64,000 nt of DNA, taken from IMG/VR virus record IMGVR_UViG_3300028196_001473; one strand, 5' to 3'. Of this stretch, positions 62,903 to 64,000 are shown piece by piece. The DNA comes from a virus. How positions within the stretch are numbered: position 1 is the stretch's first letter; the number at the start of each line of letters is the position of its first letter. The position numbers were made by a program, and so were the translations under genes. The notes under the pieces are model-generated. The model searched no databases and was not told the origin of the DNA. It saw nothing but the letters and a program-made list of their open reading frames with translations.

Positions 62903-63526
62903 GTGAATCCATTTAAGTTCAATTATAAGGTAGGTACTATTTTCACAGAACAGGAATGTAATGATATTCTTAAAGATATATCTTCACAAGATGATAGGTT
63001 TATAGTAACTCCTGATCATGGTGAGTTAGACATTTCAGTGTACGAGACTGCAATTGATAATCTTAATACTTGTGTGGGTAAGAGTATTATAAAGAATAAG
63101 ATTAAGGAATTAGAAAAAAGGTTAGGGGTTAACTATGATGGTGATAGATTCATTATCAGGTATAGTGACGATAAACTTGAGATGAAACCTCACTATGATG
63201 CATATGCGGATAGTACTCTTATTTATTTAACTACAGATTTTGAGGGTGGATCCACTAACTTTCCCATTGCGGGGGTGGAACATAAACCACAAGATTATAA
63301 ACCAGGTCACTACATACATTATAACTCGAGACACTTATTATCTTTTCACGGGGGGATGCCTGTAACAAAGGGTGTTAAGATTGTAATTGTTCTAAGAGCT
63401 ACAAAGAATAATATATTGACTTATGTATTGGGTATACCATGGATGTTTATTTGCGTGGGGTTTCTTTATACAATAGAAAAGTTCTTTAATAAGGGTATAA
63501 GAAAGAATCCTAAAAATGAAAAATGA
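62903..63526 (+). CDS. 2OG-Fe(II) oxygenase (prolyl-hydroxylase-like)
   Basis: PHYD (HxD), DFEGGSTNF, FHGGMPVTKGVK (distal H); hydrophobic C-terminus. Confidence 0.8.
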   Translation: MNPFKFNYKVGTIFTEQECNDILKDISSQDDRFIVTPDHGELDISVYETAIDNLNTCVGKSIIKNKIKELEKRLGVNYDGDRFIIRYSDDKLEMKPHYDAYADSTLIYLTTDFEGGSTNFPIAGVEHKPQDYKPGHYIHYNSRHLLSFHGGMPVTKGVKIVIVLRATKNNILTYVLGIPWMFICVGFLYTIEKFFNKGIRKNPKNEK

Positions 63527-64000
63527 GTAGACGCAATAAATGGACATACGATAAAATAAAAGAGGTTACTAAAAACTATCAGGGGGAATCTCTTAATAGT
63601 TTAAAAAAGAAACATGGATACTCAGGTATGGTAGGTCATATAAAAAAACATGGGTATACTGCACAGGAATTTGGTTTAGTAATTAGAAAGATTCGGGAGG
63701 ATCGACAACATCGGGGGAAGTATAATATTTCTTCTGAATGGTCTTCTTATAAGAATATGAGGTTACGATGTTATGATCCAAAACACAGGGCATACAAATG
63801 GTATGGTGGTAAAGGTATAAAGGTTTGTGAAAGATGGGTGAAACCACCTTATGGATTTCTAAATATGGTCAAAGATCTTGGGGAGAAACCTACACAAAAA
63901 CATCAGATAGATCGTATAGATTCAGATAAGGATTATGGTCCTGAGAATTGCGTGTGGTCCACTCATAAGGAAAATCAACAAAGGAAGAAAAAGCGGGGGT
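63523..64000 (+). CDS. HNH homing endonuclease-like protein, 3' end outside window (not in ORF track)
   Basis: Manual translation: SYKNMRLRC...YGGKGIKVCERW...IDRIDSDKDYGPENCVWSTHKEN; no stop before the window end. Confidence 0.8.
   Translation, partial: MSRRNKWTYDKIKEVTKNYQGESLNSLKKKHGYSGMVGHIKKHGYTAQEFGLVIRKIREDRQHRGKYNISSEWSSYKNMRLRCYDPKHRAYKWYGGKGIKVCERWVKPPYGFLNMVKDLGEKPTQKHQIDRIDSDKDYGPENCVWSTHKENQQRKKKRG

Noticed and set aside
1-64000. Stop-codon reassignment (TAG/TGA) as in some Bacteroidota megaphages
   Set aside because: Long genes are intact under code 11, and TAG ends well-defined genes such as metK (51242) and the methyltransferase (19082)
1-64000. CRISPR array, tRNA or rRNA genes
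   Set aside because: No repeat-spacer series and no T-loop/acceptor-stem signature found by eye; a tRNAscan run would confirm
1-64000. Bacterial chromosome or eukaryotic giant virus origin
   Set aside because: No housekeeping operons; tail fibre, homing nucleases, ORFan density and bacterial promoters/terminators indicate a phage

Overview
The window is a 64 kb segment of a very large (jumbo-class) tailed dsDNA phage genome. It is AT-rich (judged by eye, GC not computed), gene-dense and read with the standard genetic code. The host is probably a Bacteroidota/Flavobacteriia bacterium: eight intergenic TAnnTTTG promoter boxes, an Hc1-like histone-H1 protein, a Lacal_2735-like protein and several lipoproteins point that way. 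Layout: (i) 1.5-21.5 kb, a late operon: 3305-aa modular tail fibre, three paralogous ~375-aa proteins, a coiled-coil protein, a fibre-assembly-like protein, then a radical SAM/SPASM enzyme, a U32-family Fe-S protein, a SAM methyltransferase, an outer-membrane barrel-like protein and an inner-membrane transporter-like protein. (ii) 21.5-27.9 kb, a convergent glycosyltransferase cluster. (iii) 28-64 kb, auxiliary metabolic genes (thyA, IscA/HesB, rfbC, mgsA, metK, CDGSH protein, 2OG-Fe(II) oxygenase) mixed with putative internal head proteins and many small ORFans. Three candidates for undescribed systems stand out: the tail-fibre operon with its own Fe-S/SAM modification enzymes and a membrane pair (11.4-21 kb); a fusion of a permuted ATP-grasp-like domain, a Hint domain and a 63-aa ten-Cys peptide (36.5-38.6 kb); and a ~500-nt ORF-free, heavily base-paired candidate RNA with its own promoter and terminator (56.3-56.8 kb). 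All family assignments come from motif recognition by eye; no database searches were run.
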